A stretch of 64,000 bases of DNA from Okamejei kenojei (lineage: Eukaryota): positions 1,302,001-1,366,000 of the forward strand of contig CM069160.1 of the NCBI GenBank assembly GCA_035221665.1, in the 5' to 3' direction. Positions 46,930-61,200 of this stretch are shown here, piece by piece; the first letter of the stretch is position 1, and each line of letters starts with the position of its first letter. The notes beneath the pieces are model-generated. The model searched no databases. It was not told the DNA's origin and saw nothing but the letters and a program-made list of their open reading frames with translations. The position numbers and the translations under genes were made by a program.

Positions 46930-49900
46930 TTCTCCCAACTTCACCGTGTCCACCTGTCGTCACTTCATCCGTGACCCCTGTCCCACCTTCACCGTGTCCC
47001 TGTCCCCACTTCACCGTGTCCCCTGTCCCCACTTCACCGTGTACCCCTGTCCCACTTCACCGTGTCCCCTGTCCCCACTTCACCGTGGTCCCTGTCCCCA
47101 CTTCACGTGTCCCCTGACCCACTTCAGTGTGGCCCCCTGTCCCCACTTCTCACCGTAGTCCCCCTGACCCACTTCACCGTGGCCTCCCAGTGTGCCCAAC
47201 TTCACCATGTCCCCTTGTCCCCACTTCACCTGTGTCCCACTTTCACCATGTCCCCCTTGTCCCCTCTTCACCGTATCCCCCTGTCCCCACTTCACCGTGT
47301 CCCCCCGTACCCATTTCAACGTGTCCACCGCACCCACTTTCTCCGTGTCCCCCTAATGTCCCCACTTCACCGTGTCCCCTCCACCAATTCACCTTGTGCC
47401 CCTGTCCCACTTCTCCTGTGTCCCCCTGTCCCACACCCTTCACCGTTGTCCCCCTGTCCCCACTTCACCGTGTCCCGTGTTGCCCACTTATTTCTTCTAA
47501 CCATGTCCCCTTGTTCCCCCACTTCACCGTGTCCCCTCTGTCCCCTCTTCACCGTGTCCCCTTGTCCCCACTTCACCGTTGTCGTCCCCCTGTCCCCACC
47601 TTCACCGTGTCCCCCTGTCAATACTATCTCTCTATGTCCCCATGTCCACCTACTTCAACCGTGTCCCACTGTCCACACTTCACCTGTCACCCTGTCCCCA
47701 CCTTCACCGTGTGTCCCCTGTCCCCATTCACCGTGTCCCCCCTGTCCCCACTTCACCTGTGTCCCCTGTCCCCACTTCACCGTTCCTTTTGTCCCCAACT
47801 TCACCGTGTCCCCTGTCCCCACTTAACCGTGTCCCCTGTCCCCACTTCACCGTGTCCAACTTGTCCCCACGTCACCGCGTCCCCTGTACCCTCTTCACCG
47901 TGTCCCCATGTCCCCACTTCACGGGGTCCCCCTGTCCCCCTTTCCACCGTGTCCTCACTTACAACGTTTGTCCCCCGTCCACACTTCACCGTATCACCTG
48001 TCCCACTTCACCTGTCACCCTGTCCCCCTTCACTGTGTCCCCCTGTCCACCACTTCACCGTGTCCCCCTGTCCCCACTTCAAAGTCGTCCCTCCCCTGTC
48101 CGGACACTTCACCGTGTCAAACTGGTCCCCACTTTACCGTTGCCCCTGTCCCACCACTTCACCGTTGTTCCCCTGTCCACCACTTCACGTGTCCCCCTGC
48201 TCCCTCTTTCACCGTGTCCCCCTGTCCCCACTCACAGTGTCGCCCACTTCACCGTGTCCCCTGTCCCCACTTACCGTGTCCCCCTATCCCCACATTCACC
48301 GTGTCTCCCTGTCACACACTTCACCGTGTACCACTGTCCCCACTTTCTACCGTTGTTCCCTGTCCCCAAACCCTCTTCACCGTGTCACCTTGTCCCCACC
48401 TTCACTGTGTCACCGTGTCCCCACTTCACCCGATTTCTGCTGTCCTCACTCACCCGTTTCTCCCGTCCCCACTTATCCACTTGTCCCCCCTGTCCCCCAC
48501 TTCACCGTGTCCCCTCGTCCCCACCACTTCACCGTGTCACCCCCTGTCCCCTTCACGTTTCCCCCTGTACCCAACTTCACCGTGGCCCCCTGTTCCCCAG
48601 CATTCACCGTGTCCCCCTGTCCCCACCTTCACCGTGTCCCCCTGACCTCACTCACACCGTGTCCCCGTGTTCCCCCCACATTCACCATGTCCACTTCACC
48701 GTGTCACCCTATTGTACCCACTTCACCGTGTCCCTGTCCCCAACATTCAACCGTGTGCCCGGGTTGGGTTCGTGTGCCCACTTCACCATGTTCCCCCTGT
48801 CCCACTTTCACCGTTGTCCCACCCTGTCCTCAACTTCACCGGGGTTGCCCCCGTTTCCCCACCTTCACAGTGTCCCCGTCCCCACTTCACCGTGTCACCC
48901 TGTCCCCACTGTCAATTGTCCCCTGTCCCCACTTCACCGTGTCCCCATCCCCACTTCACCGTGTCCCCACACTTTCACCGAGTCCCCCTGTCCCCACTTC
49001 TACCGTGTCCCCCTGTCCCAACTTTCACCGTGTCCCCCTGTTCCCCACTTCAACCGTGTCCCCTGTCCCCATTCACCGTGCCCCTGTCCCCACTTCACCG
49101 TTGTTCCCCCTGTCCCCACTTTCTCACGTGTCACCCTGTCCCCACTTCAAGGTGTCCCCCTGTCTCATTACTCCGTGTCCCCCTGTCCCACCACGTCAAC
49201 CGTGTCCCCCTGTCCCACTTCACTGTGTCCCCGTGTCCCAACTTCACCGTGTCTCACTCTCACCGTGTTCCCCCTGTCCCACATCTTCACCGTGTCCCCC
49301 TCCTTCCCCTACTTCAACGTGTCCCCATGTCCACACTTACGTGTCCCCCTGTCCCCACTTCTCCGTGGCCCCTGTCCTCCCACTTCTCTACCGTGTCCCC
49401 TTGTCCCAACTTCACCGTGTCCCCCTGTCCCCACTTCACCGTGTCCCCACTTCACCGTGTCCCCCTGTCCCCACTTCACCGTGTCCCCCTGTCCCCACTT
49501 CACCGTGTCCCCCTGTCCCCACTTCACCGTGTCCCCCCTGTCCCCTCTCACCGTGTCCCACTTCCACCGTGTCCCTGTCCCCACTTTCACGCGTGTTCCC
49601 CCTGTCCCCACCTTCACCGTTGTCCCCTGTCACCACTTCACCGTGTCCTCACTTCACCGTGTCACCCGTCCCCACTTCCACCGTATCACTGTCCCCTCTT
49701 CACCGTGTCCCCTTGTACACTCACCGTGTCTCACTTCACCGTGTCCACCCGTCCCAACTTCACGTTATCCCCCTGTCCCCACGGCCCCCCCCCCTCACCA
49801 GTGTCCCCGCCGTCCCCACTTCATCATGTGTCCCCCTGTCCCCACTTCACCAGTGTCCTCACTTCAAAGTGTCCCCCGTCCCACTATCACAGTATCCCCC

Positions 49901-52900
49901 CTTGTCCCCACTTTAACCGTCCCCATGTCCCCATTCCACTGTGTCCCCCTCGTCCCCATCTTCTCCGTGGTCACTCCTGTACTCCACGTCAACGTGTTCC
50001 CCTGTCGCACTTCTCACCGTGTCCCCATGTCCCCACTTCACCGTGTACCCCTGTCCCCCTTCACCGTGTCCCCCTGTCACACTTCACCGTCGTCCCACCT
50101 GTCCCCATCATTCACCGTGTCCCCCTGGTCCTCACTTCACCGTGTCCCATTCCACGTGTCCCCTCTGTCCCACTTCTCGTGTGCCAGTGTGCACACTTCA
50201 CCATGTTCCCCTGTCCCCAACTTCAACCGTTGTCCCCCCCTCGTACACCACTTCACCGTGTCCCGTACCGCACTTCACCGTGGTTCCCCGTCCCCACTTC
50301 GATCCGTGTCCCCACTGTCCCCAACTCTCTCCTATGTCCCCCTAGTCCCACTTCCACCGTGTCCACCATCTCCCCACTGCACCGTGTCCACCCACTCTCT
50401 ACCGTGTACCCTGTTCCCCCACTTTCACCGTGTCCCATGTCCCTCATTCACCGCTGTACCCCCTGTCACCTCTTACATCAGTGTCACCTGTTCCCCACCT
50501 TCATCGTGGTACCCTCCTGTCCCCATTCACCGTGGGTCACTCCTGTTCCCCACTTCACCGTGTCCACTGTCATCATCACTTCACGCCAGTGTCCCCCTGA
50601 GTCCCACTCACCGCATGTCCCCCAGTCCCACTTCACTGTGTCCCCGTGTCCCAACTTCACGTGTCCTCTACTTCAACGTGTCCCCTGTCCCCACTCAAAC
50701 CGTGTTCCCCTGTCCCCACTTCACCGTGTCCCCTGTCCCCACTTCACGGTGGTCCCCCTGTCCCCCACTTCACCGTGTCCCACCTGGTCCCCTTCACGTT
50801 GTTACCCACTGTCCCCACTCTCACCGTGTCCCCTGTCCCCACTTCACCGTGTCACCCACTTCTACCACAAGTGTCCCCCTTAGTCCCCACTTCCACCGTT
50901 GTCCTCCTGTCCCCACTTCACCACGTGGTCCCCATGTCCCCACTTCACTGTGTCCCCTGTCCCCACTTCACGTGTCCCCACTTCACCGTGGTCCCTGTCC
51001 CACTTCACCGTGTCCCCCTGTCCCCACTTCACGTGTACCCCTGTCCCCCCCACTTAACCGTGTCTCACATTCACCGTGTCCCCCGTCCACACTTCACCGT
51101 ATCCCCCTGTCCCCATTCACCGTGTCCCCCTGTCCCCACTTCACCGTAGTCCTCACTTCACCGTGTCCCCGTCCCCACTCACGTATCCCCTTGTTCCCAC
51201 TTAACGCTTGTGTCCCACGTCACCCACTTCACTGTGTACCCCTGGTCCCATCTTCACCGTGTCCTCACTTCACCGTCGTCCCCGTTCCCCACTTCACCGT
51301 ATCCCCCTGTACCCCAACTTAACCGTCCCTCGTCCCCCACTTCACTGCTGTCCCCCTCTGGTCCCACTTCAACGTGTCCCCTTAGCTCCCCACTTCCATC
51401 GTGTCACCCTGTCCGCCACTTTCTCCGTGTTGCCCCTGTCCCACTTCACCGTGTCCCCATTGTCCTCCCACTTTCACCGTGTTACCCCTGTCCCACTAAA
51501 CCGTGTCCCCTGTCCCCACTTCACCGTGTCCCCTGTCCCTCCACTTCACCGGGTCCCCTCTTCACCGTGGTCCCACTGTCCCCACTTCACCAGTGTCCCA
51601 CCTGTCCCACTTCACCAGATGTCTCCCTGGTCCCACTTCACGTGTCCCCTTTACCCCTTCTTCACCGTGGCCCCCTGTCCCCAACTTCACCATGTCACAC
51701 CGGTCACCCACTTCACTGTGTCATCCAGTGTCCTCACTATAACCGTCTATGTCCTCACTTACCGTTTCCAAGTCCCCACTTCACCGTGTCCCCTGTTACC
51801 AAACTTCACCGTTGTCCCCCTGTCCCCACTTAACTCAGTGACCCCTGTCCCCACTTCACTCGTGTCCCCCTTCTGTTTCCCCATTCACCGTGTCCCCCGG
51901 TCCCCAATTCACCGTGTCCAATCTGTCCCCCACTTCAACGTGTCACCCCGTCCTCACTTCCCGTTCCCTGGTCCCCCGTGTCCCCACTTCACCATGTCCC
52001 CACGTTAACAGCCTGTCCCCTCCTGTCCCCACTTCTACGTTTTCGTCCCCTGTCCCCACTTCACCGTGTGCTCGTGTGCCCTACTTCACCATGTTCCCCT
52101 GTCCCCACTTCACGTTTGATCCCCCTGGTCCCACTTCTCCCGTGTCTCCACCGTCCCCACTTCTCACGTGTCCCCCGAGTCCCCACTTCACCGTGTCCCC
52201 ACTTGTCCCACTTCACCTATGTCCCCCTGTCCCCACTTCACCGTGTCCCCCATCCCAACTTCTACGTGTCCCCACTCTTACTCCGTGTCCCCTGTCCCCA
52301 CTTCACCCGTGTCCCGTCCCCACTTCACCGTGTCCCCCGCATGTCCCACTTCACCCGTTGTTTCCCCCTGTCCCCACTTTCACCGTGTCCCTGTCCCACT
52401 TCCACGTGTCCTCCCCCCTGTCCCCACTTCACCGTTTTCGGGATCCGCGCGTTCGTTTTTGTTCTTGTCACACTGCTCCCCTCTTCACCGTTTGTCTCCC
52501 TGTCCTTCTACTTCACGTTGTCCCCTGTCCCCACTTCACAATCGTCCCCCTGATCCCCACTGCACCTGTGTCCCAGTGTCCCACTTCACCGTGTCCCCCT
52601 GTCCCCACTTCACCGTGTCCCCCTGTCCCCACTTCACCGTGTCCCCCTGTCCCCACTTCACCGTGTCCCCCTGTCCCCACTTCACCGTGTCCCCTGTCCC
52701 CACTTCACCCGTGTTGGTCCCCTGTCCCACACTTCACCGTGTCCCCTTGTCCCCACTTCACCGTGTCCACCCTGTCCCCACTTCTCCGTTTGTCCCCTGT
52801 CCCCACTCACACGTCGACCCACTTCACCGTTGTTACACCCTTGTCCGCACTCACCGTGTCCCCCTGTCCCCACTTCACAGTGTCACCTGTTCCCACTACA

Positions 52901-52960
52901 CGTGTTCCCCTGTCCCCACTTCCAACGTTGTCCCCCTGTCCCCACTTCAACGTGACCCCC
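46930..52960. repeat. ~6 kb minisatellite, 23-24 bp unit CACTTCACCGTGTCCCC(C)TGTCCC
   Basis: Roughly 250 degenerate units; perfect runs at ~49430-49535 and ~52580-52690. Confidence 0.97.
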
Positions 52961-52966
52961 TCGTCC

Positions 52967-55900
52967 GCTAGAGGCAGGAAACATTGTTCCCGATGTTGGG
53001 GGAGTCCAGAACAGGGGCCACATAGTTTTAAGAATCTGGAGGTAAGAAGCCATTTAGAACGGAAACGAGAAACACTTTTTTCTCCACAGTGGAATGGTGA
53101 GTCTGTGGAATTCTCTGCCTCAGAGGGGCGGTGGAGGCAGGTTCTCGGGATGCTTTCAAGAGAGTGTCTGGATAGGGCTCTTAAACTGGCAAAAAAACAG
53201 GAAAGCAAGAACTATTATTTAAATGGTGGCCGCATTAGGAAAAAAGGGGGAGATGCAGCGAGACCTGGGTGTCATGGGTACACCCATGTTCATTGAAGTA
53301 GCATGCCCAGGAGTAGCAGGGCAGTGAAAAAAAGCGAACCATGGCTCTATGTTAGTTTCATTAAAGCAAAAAAGGATTTGAGTACAGGAGCAGGGAGGTT
53401 CTACTTCAGTTGTAAGGGTATTGGTGATGAGACCAACACCTGGAGTATTGCGTTACAGTTTTGGTTCAAAATCTGAGGAAGGGACATTTATTGCCATAGG
53501 ATAGTACGGGATGTGCAGAGAAGGTTCACCAGATGTTTCCTGGGATGTCAGGACTGTCTTATGAGAAAGACTGGATTTAGACTCGGTTTTATATCTCCTC
53601 CTGGAATTTCAGGAGATTTGAGGAGGGGAATCTTATAGAAATTTTACTAAAAATTCTTAAGGGGTTGGATGGCTAGATGCAGGAAGAGTGTTCCGATGTT
53701 GGGGATTAGTCCAGGAACAAGGGTCACAGCATTAAGGATACAGGGGAGAAATCCTTTAAGACCGAGATGAGAAGACTTTTTTCACACAGTGGTGGTGAGT
53801 CTCTGGAACTCTCTGCCACGGAGGGTAGTAATTGAGGCCAGTTCATTGGTTATATTTAAGAGTGAGTTGGATGTGGGGCCCTTGTGGCTAAGGGGATCAG
53901 AGGGGTTATGGAGAGAGGGCAGGTCGGGGTGGGTACTGATTGGGGCTGAATCAGCCATGATCATCATTGAATGGCGGGTGCTGGCTCGAAGGGGCCGAAT
54001 GGCCTGTCCTGCACCATATTGTCTGTTGTCTAGATCGAAGCCTACTCTTTAATATAAAATTGCATACCAATGTAAGCCTAAATGTTAACAAACCAAAATT
54101 GCCGAGTAGATCACCTCCTGAAAAGATACATAGTTACAATCTACCACTTGTTTTTAGTGATTGTGGAAATGAAAAAAAAAAAAAATAGAATCGTGGAAAA
54201 CCAATAAACTGTTGGCGAAAAACCAGTCCAGGCATTCAATTTTGGGCTACAGCCCCATCCTACCTTTGGATAGACTTCTACCCCATATAAACTTAGTTGT
54301 GTGTGTGGTTGTGTGTGTGTATTAGTTGTGTGTGTATGTTAGTTGTTCCGTTTGTGCGTCGATGTGTGTTAGTTGTCTGTGCGTTTATGTGTGTGTGTGT
54401 TTGTGGGGGGGGGGGGGGGGGGAGAGAACGGAGTGAGGGAGTAGAGAAGGGAGGGAAGGAAGGAGAGGAGAGAAGGGAAAATGAGAACTGGGGACGGGGA
54501 GTGGTGGGAAGCGGAAAGGGAAAGAGAGAAGGGAGGGAGAGGGATGGCGGCTGGTAGCGGATGCCCGGTGGTTGCGGGGAGTAGGACGAGTGTGAGCTGA
54601 GGCCAAGGTTTGTAAAGGTTGCTCCAACCCTGGCCGGGCCCCTCCCTGATTTGTTCACTGGCGTCTCCCCGGGGTGGCGCAATGAGAAGAGGGGTAGAGC
54701 CGGGGCTGTGCGCATGAAGCACGGCGACTGGAGGCCCCGGGGGGAGCAGCTGCACCGGGACCGTGAGGGAGAATGATGCATCCACTCCCCCTCAACATTC
54801 CCCCTCGCAACCACTCCCCATCTACCTTTCTTCCCCATCTATCCTCTACATCTCTCTCTCCCCCTCCACACGGGGTAGATCAACCGAGCCGTGAGTATTT
54901 TACTCCAAAGCAAAGCTGAGAGATTAAAGGATTAGACACAAAATGCCAGCGGGTCGGCGGCATTTCTGGACAAAGGAATAGGTGACATTTCGGGTCGAGA
55001 TCTTCTTCAGACGGAGTCGGGGGAAATCATCCTGAACGAATCCTCCTCGACACGGGCACGGAGCGATCTCTGGCACTCCTTTCTTTTGGTAAACCATCAG
55101 GTTTTCAGAAATCCTTCGGGGTTTTTTTTTTTCCCTCCCTTACCATTTCAGTACTTTTTCGATGGCTGCCATGACCCATTTGACGTTCATCCTTCACCCC
55201 TGTCCAAAAGCTGCCTCTGGTCTTCTCGGCCCGCACCGAGACCAGAGGTGATGTGTGTGTGTTTGTCTTGGTGGGAGGGGGGGACTGAGGGGAGGGAAGC
55301 CGGGCCAGCACAAAGGGCGAGCGTAACGTCCCCAGTGGACAGACGCCGAAAGCATACGCTGTTCAGTTATGCCTCTCGCAGCGTTGCGGGGGAAACAGTC
55401 TGCGGACTCTAGGATCTTTTGATTACTCTAGGCAGGGCTCCCCCCTAGCGCCGCTGGGGGCCCAATTGGGAGCAAATGGCGTCACTCGGCCCTGCCTGCC
55501 GTTTGTATGCTCCACCATTCATTCTTGCTGAGGTCCCTTTCCATTCAAACTTTAGTCAGTCCTCCCACATGCTTCTGTTACCTTCTCAGCTCGACTGCAA
55601 GCTGCTCTAAGAAAGCCTTCCTCATAGGCACTTTAAGTACTTCGCTTGGGGCCAGTACTAACCTGATTTCTCCACCAGTCTACCTGAATGTTGAAATCCA
55701 TCCACGACCACCTTGTCTTTTATTACTTGCCGAATTGTTTCTACTGATGTCATTTTGTTCCCTGTCTGCTGGCTCCTGTTCGGACCCTGTATATAAACCT
55801 CCATCAAGTGTCTTTTTACCTTGCTAGTTGGGGTCAAGGAAAGAGTGTTCACGTCGCGGCCGATTTCCACCAATCATTCCACCACACCCACAAGAAAGTG

Positions 55901-56023
55901 CCTAAGCGCAAGACAGACACCAGTGTTATGCAGTTCAGAGAAGTGTGATCAGCTCTGGCCTGAGAAACTTCTAATCTTGTGTGTCCGGACCTCAATAAGA
56001 AGAAGACCTTCTAGCAGTTTTCT
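52967..56023 (+). repeat. Indel-rich direct duplicate of ~41311-44200
   Basis: Same order of CR1 fusion junction, (GT)n, hAT end, CR1 and AAG-tailed insert, with frequent 1-2 nt indels; ends at the N gap. Confidence 0.93.
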
Positions 56024-56522
56024 NNNNNNNNNNNNNNNNNNNNNNNNNNNNNNNNNNNNNNNNNNNNNNNNNNNNNNNNNNNNNNNNNNNNNNNNNNNNN
56101 NNNNNNNNNNNNNNNNNNNNNNNNNNNNNNNNNNNNNNNNNNNNNNNNNNNNNNNNNNNNNNNNNNNNNNNNNNNNNNNNNNNNNNNNNNNNNNNNNNNN
56201 NNNNNNNNNNNNNNNNNNNNNNNNNNNNNNNNNNNNNNNNNNNNNNNNNNNNNNNNNNNNNNNNNNNNNNNNNNNNNNNNNNNNNNNNNNNNNNNNNNNN
56301 NNNNNNNNNNNNNNNNNNNNNNNNNNNNNNNNNNNNNNNNNNNNNNNNNNNNNNNNNNNNNNNNNNNNNNNNNNNNNNNNNNNNNNNNNNNNNNNNNNNN
56401 NNNNNNNNNNNNNNNNNNNNNNNNNNNNNNNNNNNNNNNNNNNNNNNNNNNNNNNNNNNNNNNNNNNNNNNNNNNNNNNNNNNNNNNNNNNNNNNNNNNN
56501 NNNNNNNNNNNNNNNNNNNNNN
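56024..56522. other. Assembly gap (N run)
   Basis: ~500 Ns. Confidence 1.
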
Positions 56523-57174
56523 NCATAGAGAGATCAGCTATTCGCACCGGCGACAACCTACGTTACCATACGTGAGACAACCACGTAACCTGGCGACAAC
56601 CTAGCGCAAAAACCTGGCGACAAATACAAACAGCACTAAGTCCGGAGAGGTCAACGTCAGCGCGCATTTGTGTCAAACCCACCTGTCGCCAACTGTCCCT
56701 CCCATTCCGAAAAAAATCTTCAACCAATTCTCTGAAAACCCAACGGCAACCAGAAAGACCACGACTCTGGGCTGAGACTCAGGAGATTACCTCCCGACCA
56801 TACAGGCGCACACACCGGCAACATACTGCGACAGCCTAGTCGCCTGTAATCCGCCTAAGTGGTACAGGCCCATCAGTGAGTCTATGAATTCTCTGGACTT
56901 AAGATCCTTCTGCACTCAAAACTGTTTTAAGCCGGTCATTAACTGTATACTCTCTCATTACATTTAATCTCCTACAAGAGTGCAATTACCTCACACTTGC
57001 TTGGTTAAACTCCATTTGCCATTTCCCCACCCATATTCCCGCAGCTGGATCTTTAATCCAACTAGTTCACATCCTGACAGACAATTCCTCACAATGAGCA
57101 ATGTCACTCACACCAATTTTAGGTGTCATCAAGCAACTTACCCTTATCAGCTATCTGGTTTACATCCTATTCAT

Positions 57175-57280
57175 TTATTTATATATAATTATATTATATA
57201 TATATACATATATATGTATATATATAATACAATATATATATGATATTACAAATATATATAATAACTATATAGACTAATAT
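57175..57280. repeat. (TA)-rich microsatellite
   Basis: tatatata runs. Confidence 0.8.
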
Positions 57281-58599
57281 AAGATAGCACAAGGTCCCAG
57301 CTACAGATACACACACTGACCTCCGTGGTCACGACTCTCACAACAGAAATCCACCCATGACCATCAAAACACTCCCGTCCTCTAGAATAAGTCCGTCATG
57401 AATCTATACAGACCCAATCACATTTGAATCTATATCACCTAATCTCAAGATGCGTCAGCCATACCTTGAGCGGTCCTTATCCAAAGACCATTACTACATC
57501 TATTATATACAGATATCCGCCGCCCTACTTCCCCGTCCATCCAGCCTCGTTGTTCACACTCCATCTGAACAGAATTCAGTCTTTGATGATCATGACCTGC
57601 CACATACAATGCCTTGGCTTGGCCATGCTGGCACATCACCGAATTAGCCCTAACCCTTTCAAATGGAGTAAATCCTGTCTTGAAGAATTGTCTCCTAATA
57701 GATTTCCACGCCACTGACGTGAGGCTCATCAACCTATAACTCCCCGGATCTCACTCTACTTTCCTTACAAACATCATATATTGACAACTCTCTCAATACT
57801 CCAGTACCTCCACCTCTGGCTAAGGGATGCTACAACCATGATCCTTAGTCAAAACTCAATCAATCTCCTCTCTTGCTTCATCATCAATAACTTAAAGACC
57901 AGGATCTATCCACCATCAGGCAACTTAGACAACATAGAAATTAGGCTGCACCTCTATGCGAGCCTGCACGCCCATTCAATATGATCATCATGACGGCTGA
58001 CTGTCATCCAACTCATATCAACCATACCTGCCCTTCTCTCCAAGTACAACTCTGCTCCCCCTAGCCACATAGGGCCGACCATCTAAACTCCCCTCATTAA
58101 ATATACAAATGACTGCCTCCACTAACCCTCTGTACACATTCATAATATTCTCACACAATCCCAAGTCATCGCCTCCTACTTGATTTAAAACTGCCCTAGC
58201 ATATTTGTATTCTCCGACATTGCATCTCTCTATCTCCCCCAAATCCTTCTCACTCAGTGAATCACAGATGCAAATGTACTTGATTATACCTCAATTACAT
58301 CCTCTGACACGAGCATATATTCTCCTTTTAGCAGGTCCTACCGCTCAACGTCACCGCCTCTATTTTTAATGTACCCTATACAGAAAGCCAATGGGCTTGT
58401 GAGAGTCCTTCTCTGTTTTAGGTGGCACAACTGCACAGCCAACAGTCCGAGTTGCTGCTTAGAGCACATAGACCCAGGTTCGATCCCTACTGCGTGTGCG
58501 CTATCTGTACACGATTTGTCACATTCTCTCCTGTGACCCATGAGGTTTCTTTGGGTCCTTCTGTTCCCTCCTCCCACAGTTCACAGAAGTACAGAATTT

Positions 58600-61200
58600 G
58601 TAGGTCATAAGGAATAGGACGTAAATTGGCGGCTAATCTCGGGCTCCCGATCACGTCCTACTTCGCCATTCAAACTCATGGCTAGATCAATCTCTCTCCC
58701 TTTCACTAACCGCATCCTTCTGCCTTCTCCCTATAACCTCTGACACCTGTACTAAATCAAGGATTTATCTTTACCTTAGAATATCCACTGACTTGGCGTC
58801 CACAGCCTTCTGGGTGCAAAGAATTCCACAGGTTCCCGCACCACTGACAAAATAAATGCTCTCACCATCTCCTTCACACAAAATGTCGCTTTAAATTCTG
58901 AGGCTATGACCTCTAGTTCTAAGAGCCCACCGCCCCACAGTGGAAACATTCCTCTCCACATCCACTCTTTCCAAGCCCTATTCACTATTCCGTATGTTTC
59001 AATGAGGTGTCCCCCCTCATTCTTCTAACAACTCCAACGCGAGTTATACGCCCAGTTGCTGACAAACATTCATCATAGGTTAACCTACAATGAATGCCTG
59101 GGAATCATTCTTCTGAACGCTCCTCTGGACCCTCTCAGAGCCAGTCACCATCCTTCCTCAGATATGGTGCCCAAAAGTGCGAGTCACAATAGCCAAATGC
59201 GCCACCAGTGACTTATAGAGCCCAACATTCATTCCCTGTTTTGTATACAAGCCCTCTTGAAATAAATGCTAGCATTCGTTTTCGCCTTCTTGCATTGACT
59301 CCCGATTCAACTGCATATTATCTTTTGGAATCATGTACCAGCATTCCAATCCCTTTTGCAGCTCCGATTTCTGATTCTCTTCCCATTACAGAAACATAGC
59401 TCGATAGCCTTTATGCCAACGAAAACCAAAATGGCATGACCCCCACACTTTCGCCGCTCTATCTCCCATCCTAGCCCACTGTTCTCTCGCCTCACCTCTC
59501 CCCACTGTCCAAGCTCTTCTCGCAGAGTCCCTGCTTTCCCTCTCTAACACTACTGCCCTCTCCACACTATTTTCATATCACCTCCGAACTTTTGCCCATC
59601 CAAACGCCTTCTCCTTCGTCCAACATCACTAATATACAACAGAAGAGTGGCAAGAGCCCCAAGCACCACGATCCTACAACCTCCACTTGTCAAATCGGCA
59701 GCCACCAAAAACACGACCTCTCATTACATTGCCACTCTTGTCTGCTATCCATGCTTGCGTCCTGCCTTTGCTACCATGGCTTCATCTTCCTAAGCAGTCC
59801 TACAACGTGTGGTACCGTTACATCATTAGGCACTTTCCTGAAACATTCTAAATGAACAACATCTACTGACTCTCCTTTATCTGTCCTGCTATTTACTTTT
59901 CAATGAATTCCATTCCAGCAAACTTTTTCAAGCAAGACATCCCTCTTCATCAAAAGCCATGCTGACTTACAGCGCCTATTTTATAAACTTGAGACTTCTA
60001 AGTTATCAAGGCTATCCTTTATAATGTCGACTCTAAAATTGTTACAATCCGCCCAAAGTCAGACCAAACCGACCTATAGTTTTCCACTAATCCTTCTGCT
60101 TCTCCCATTTTTGAGCAGGTGATAGGTAATATTGGTCATACTGCGGCGTCCTCAATCTTTGGACCAATCCTGACTTCTAGTGATCTCCGAAATTATATTG
60201 TCATTTACTCCACACATTTCCTAAAGCGCCACCTCTTTACAGAACCCTGGCGGTGCAGTCCATCCAGACCAACCCCCCTTATCCACTCCCTTCAGGTTCT
60301 TCTTTTTTTCTTAACCAAGGCACCTTCTCCCTCTAATAGCCACTAAACCAATCACTCATTCACACTCCAACCCCCTGACTCTCCCTGGAATTTCAGGCAC
60401 GTTGCTGGTGTGAAACCGAAATGGGGCAAAAGGTTATTCTCTTATATTTCTTTATTCTCCATCTCTGCACTTCTCCTGCCATCAATTTCACAGCAGTCCA
60501 ACTTCCACTTGCCTCTTTGAGTTGCTCCTATATATACTGAAGAAACTCTATTAATATTATTGCAGCTTACCTTTGTTTCCAATCTTTCTCTTCCCATATT
60601 GTCTTATTAGTTAACCTCTGCTGTTCTTAGTAAAAAACGTCCGCAATGCCTCGCGGCTTCCTACTAATCTTTGCTATGTTAATACACTCTTCTCTCTTTA
60701 ATTTATTCTGTCCCATGGACTTCCCTTGACAGCCACAGCACCTCATTTCTGCTCCTTTGAATCTTTTTTCCTCTTTGGAAATGAAAAGACATCCTGCATC
60801 TTCCGATTATTCCAAGAAATTCTGACATTGCAGTTCACTGTCACACCTGCTGAGGGTCCCTTTCCCGTCAACTTTGGCCTGCATCTCCCTCATAGCCTCT
60901 GTAAGTCCGCTTTGCCAGCTGCAATCCAACACATCTGTTATCACCTTTTCCCAACTCAAATTGTAAAATTAAAACTTAGCATATTTGTGGTCGTTATTTC
61001 TTATGGTTTCACTTTATCTTGAAGTTCCATTATCAAATCCGGTTCATAAACATAAGCAACTAAATCCAAAATTCCTCTTTTCACTGTTAGCTCCACTAAA
61101 GCTGCTCTAAGAATCCATCCTACAAATCTCCCTTTCTTGGGTTCAGTACCCGAACACCGTGATTATTCCCCAGTCTACCTGCATATTGAAATCTCCCTCA
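58600..61200 (-). mobile_element. Noisy CR1 LINE
   Basis: Recognisable CR1 3'UTR and RT sequence on the - strand, parallel to 39450-41100, with dense indels. Confidence 0.65.

Noticed and set aside
46930-52960. CRISPR-like array
   Set aside because: Head-to-tail repeats with no unique spacers, in eukaryotic DNA with no cas genes.
47062-53296. Very long Pro/Cys/His-rich ORFs (up to 1247 aa)
   Set aside because: Translations of a stop-poor minisatellite, open in several frames at once, with no domain signature.
55821-56556. ORFs containing X runs
   Set aside because: Artefacts of the N gap.
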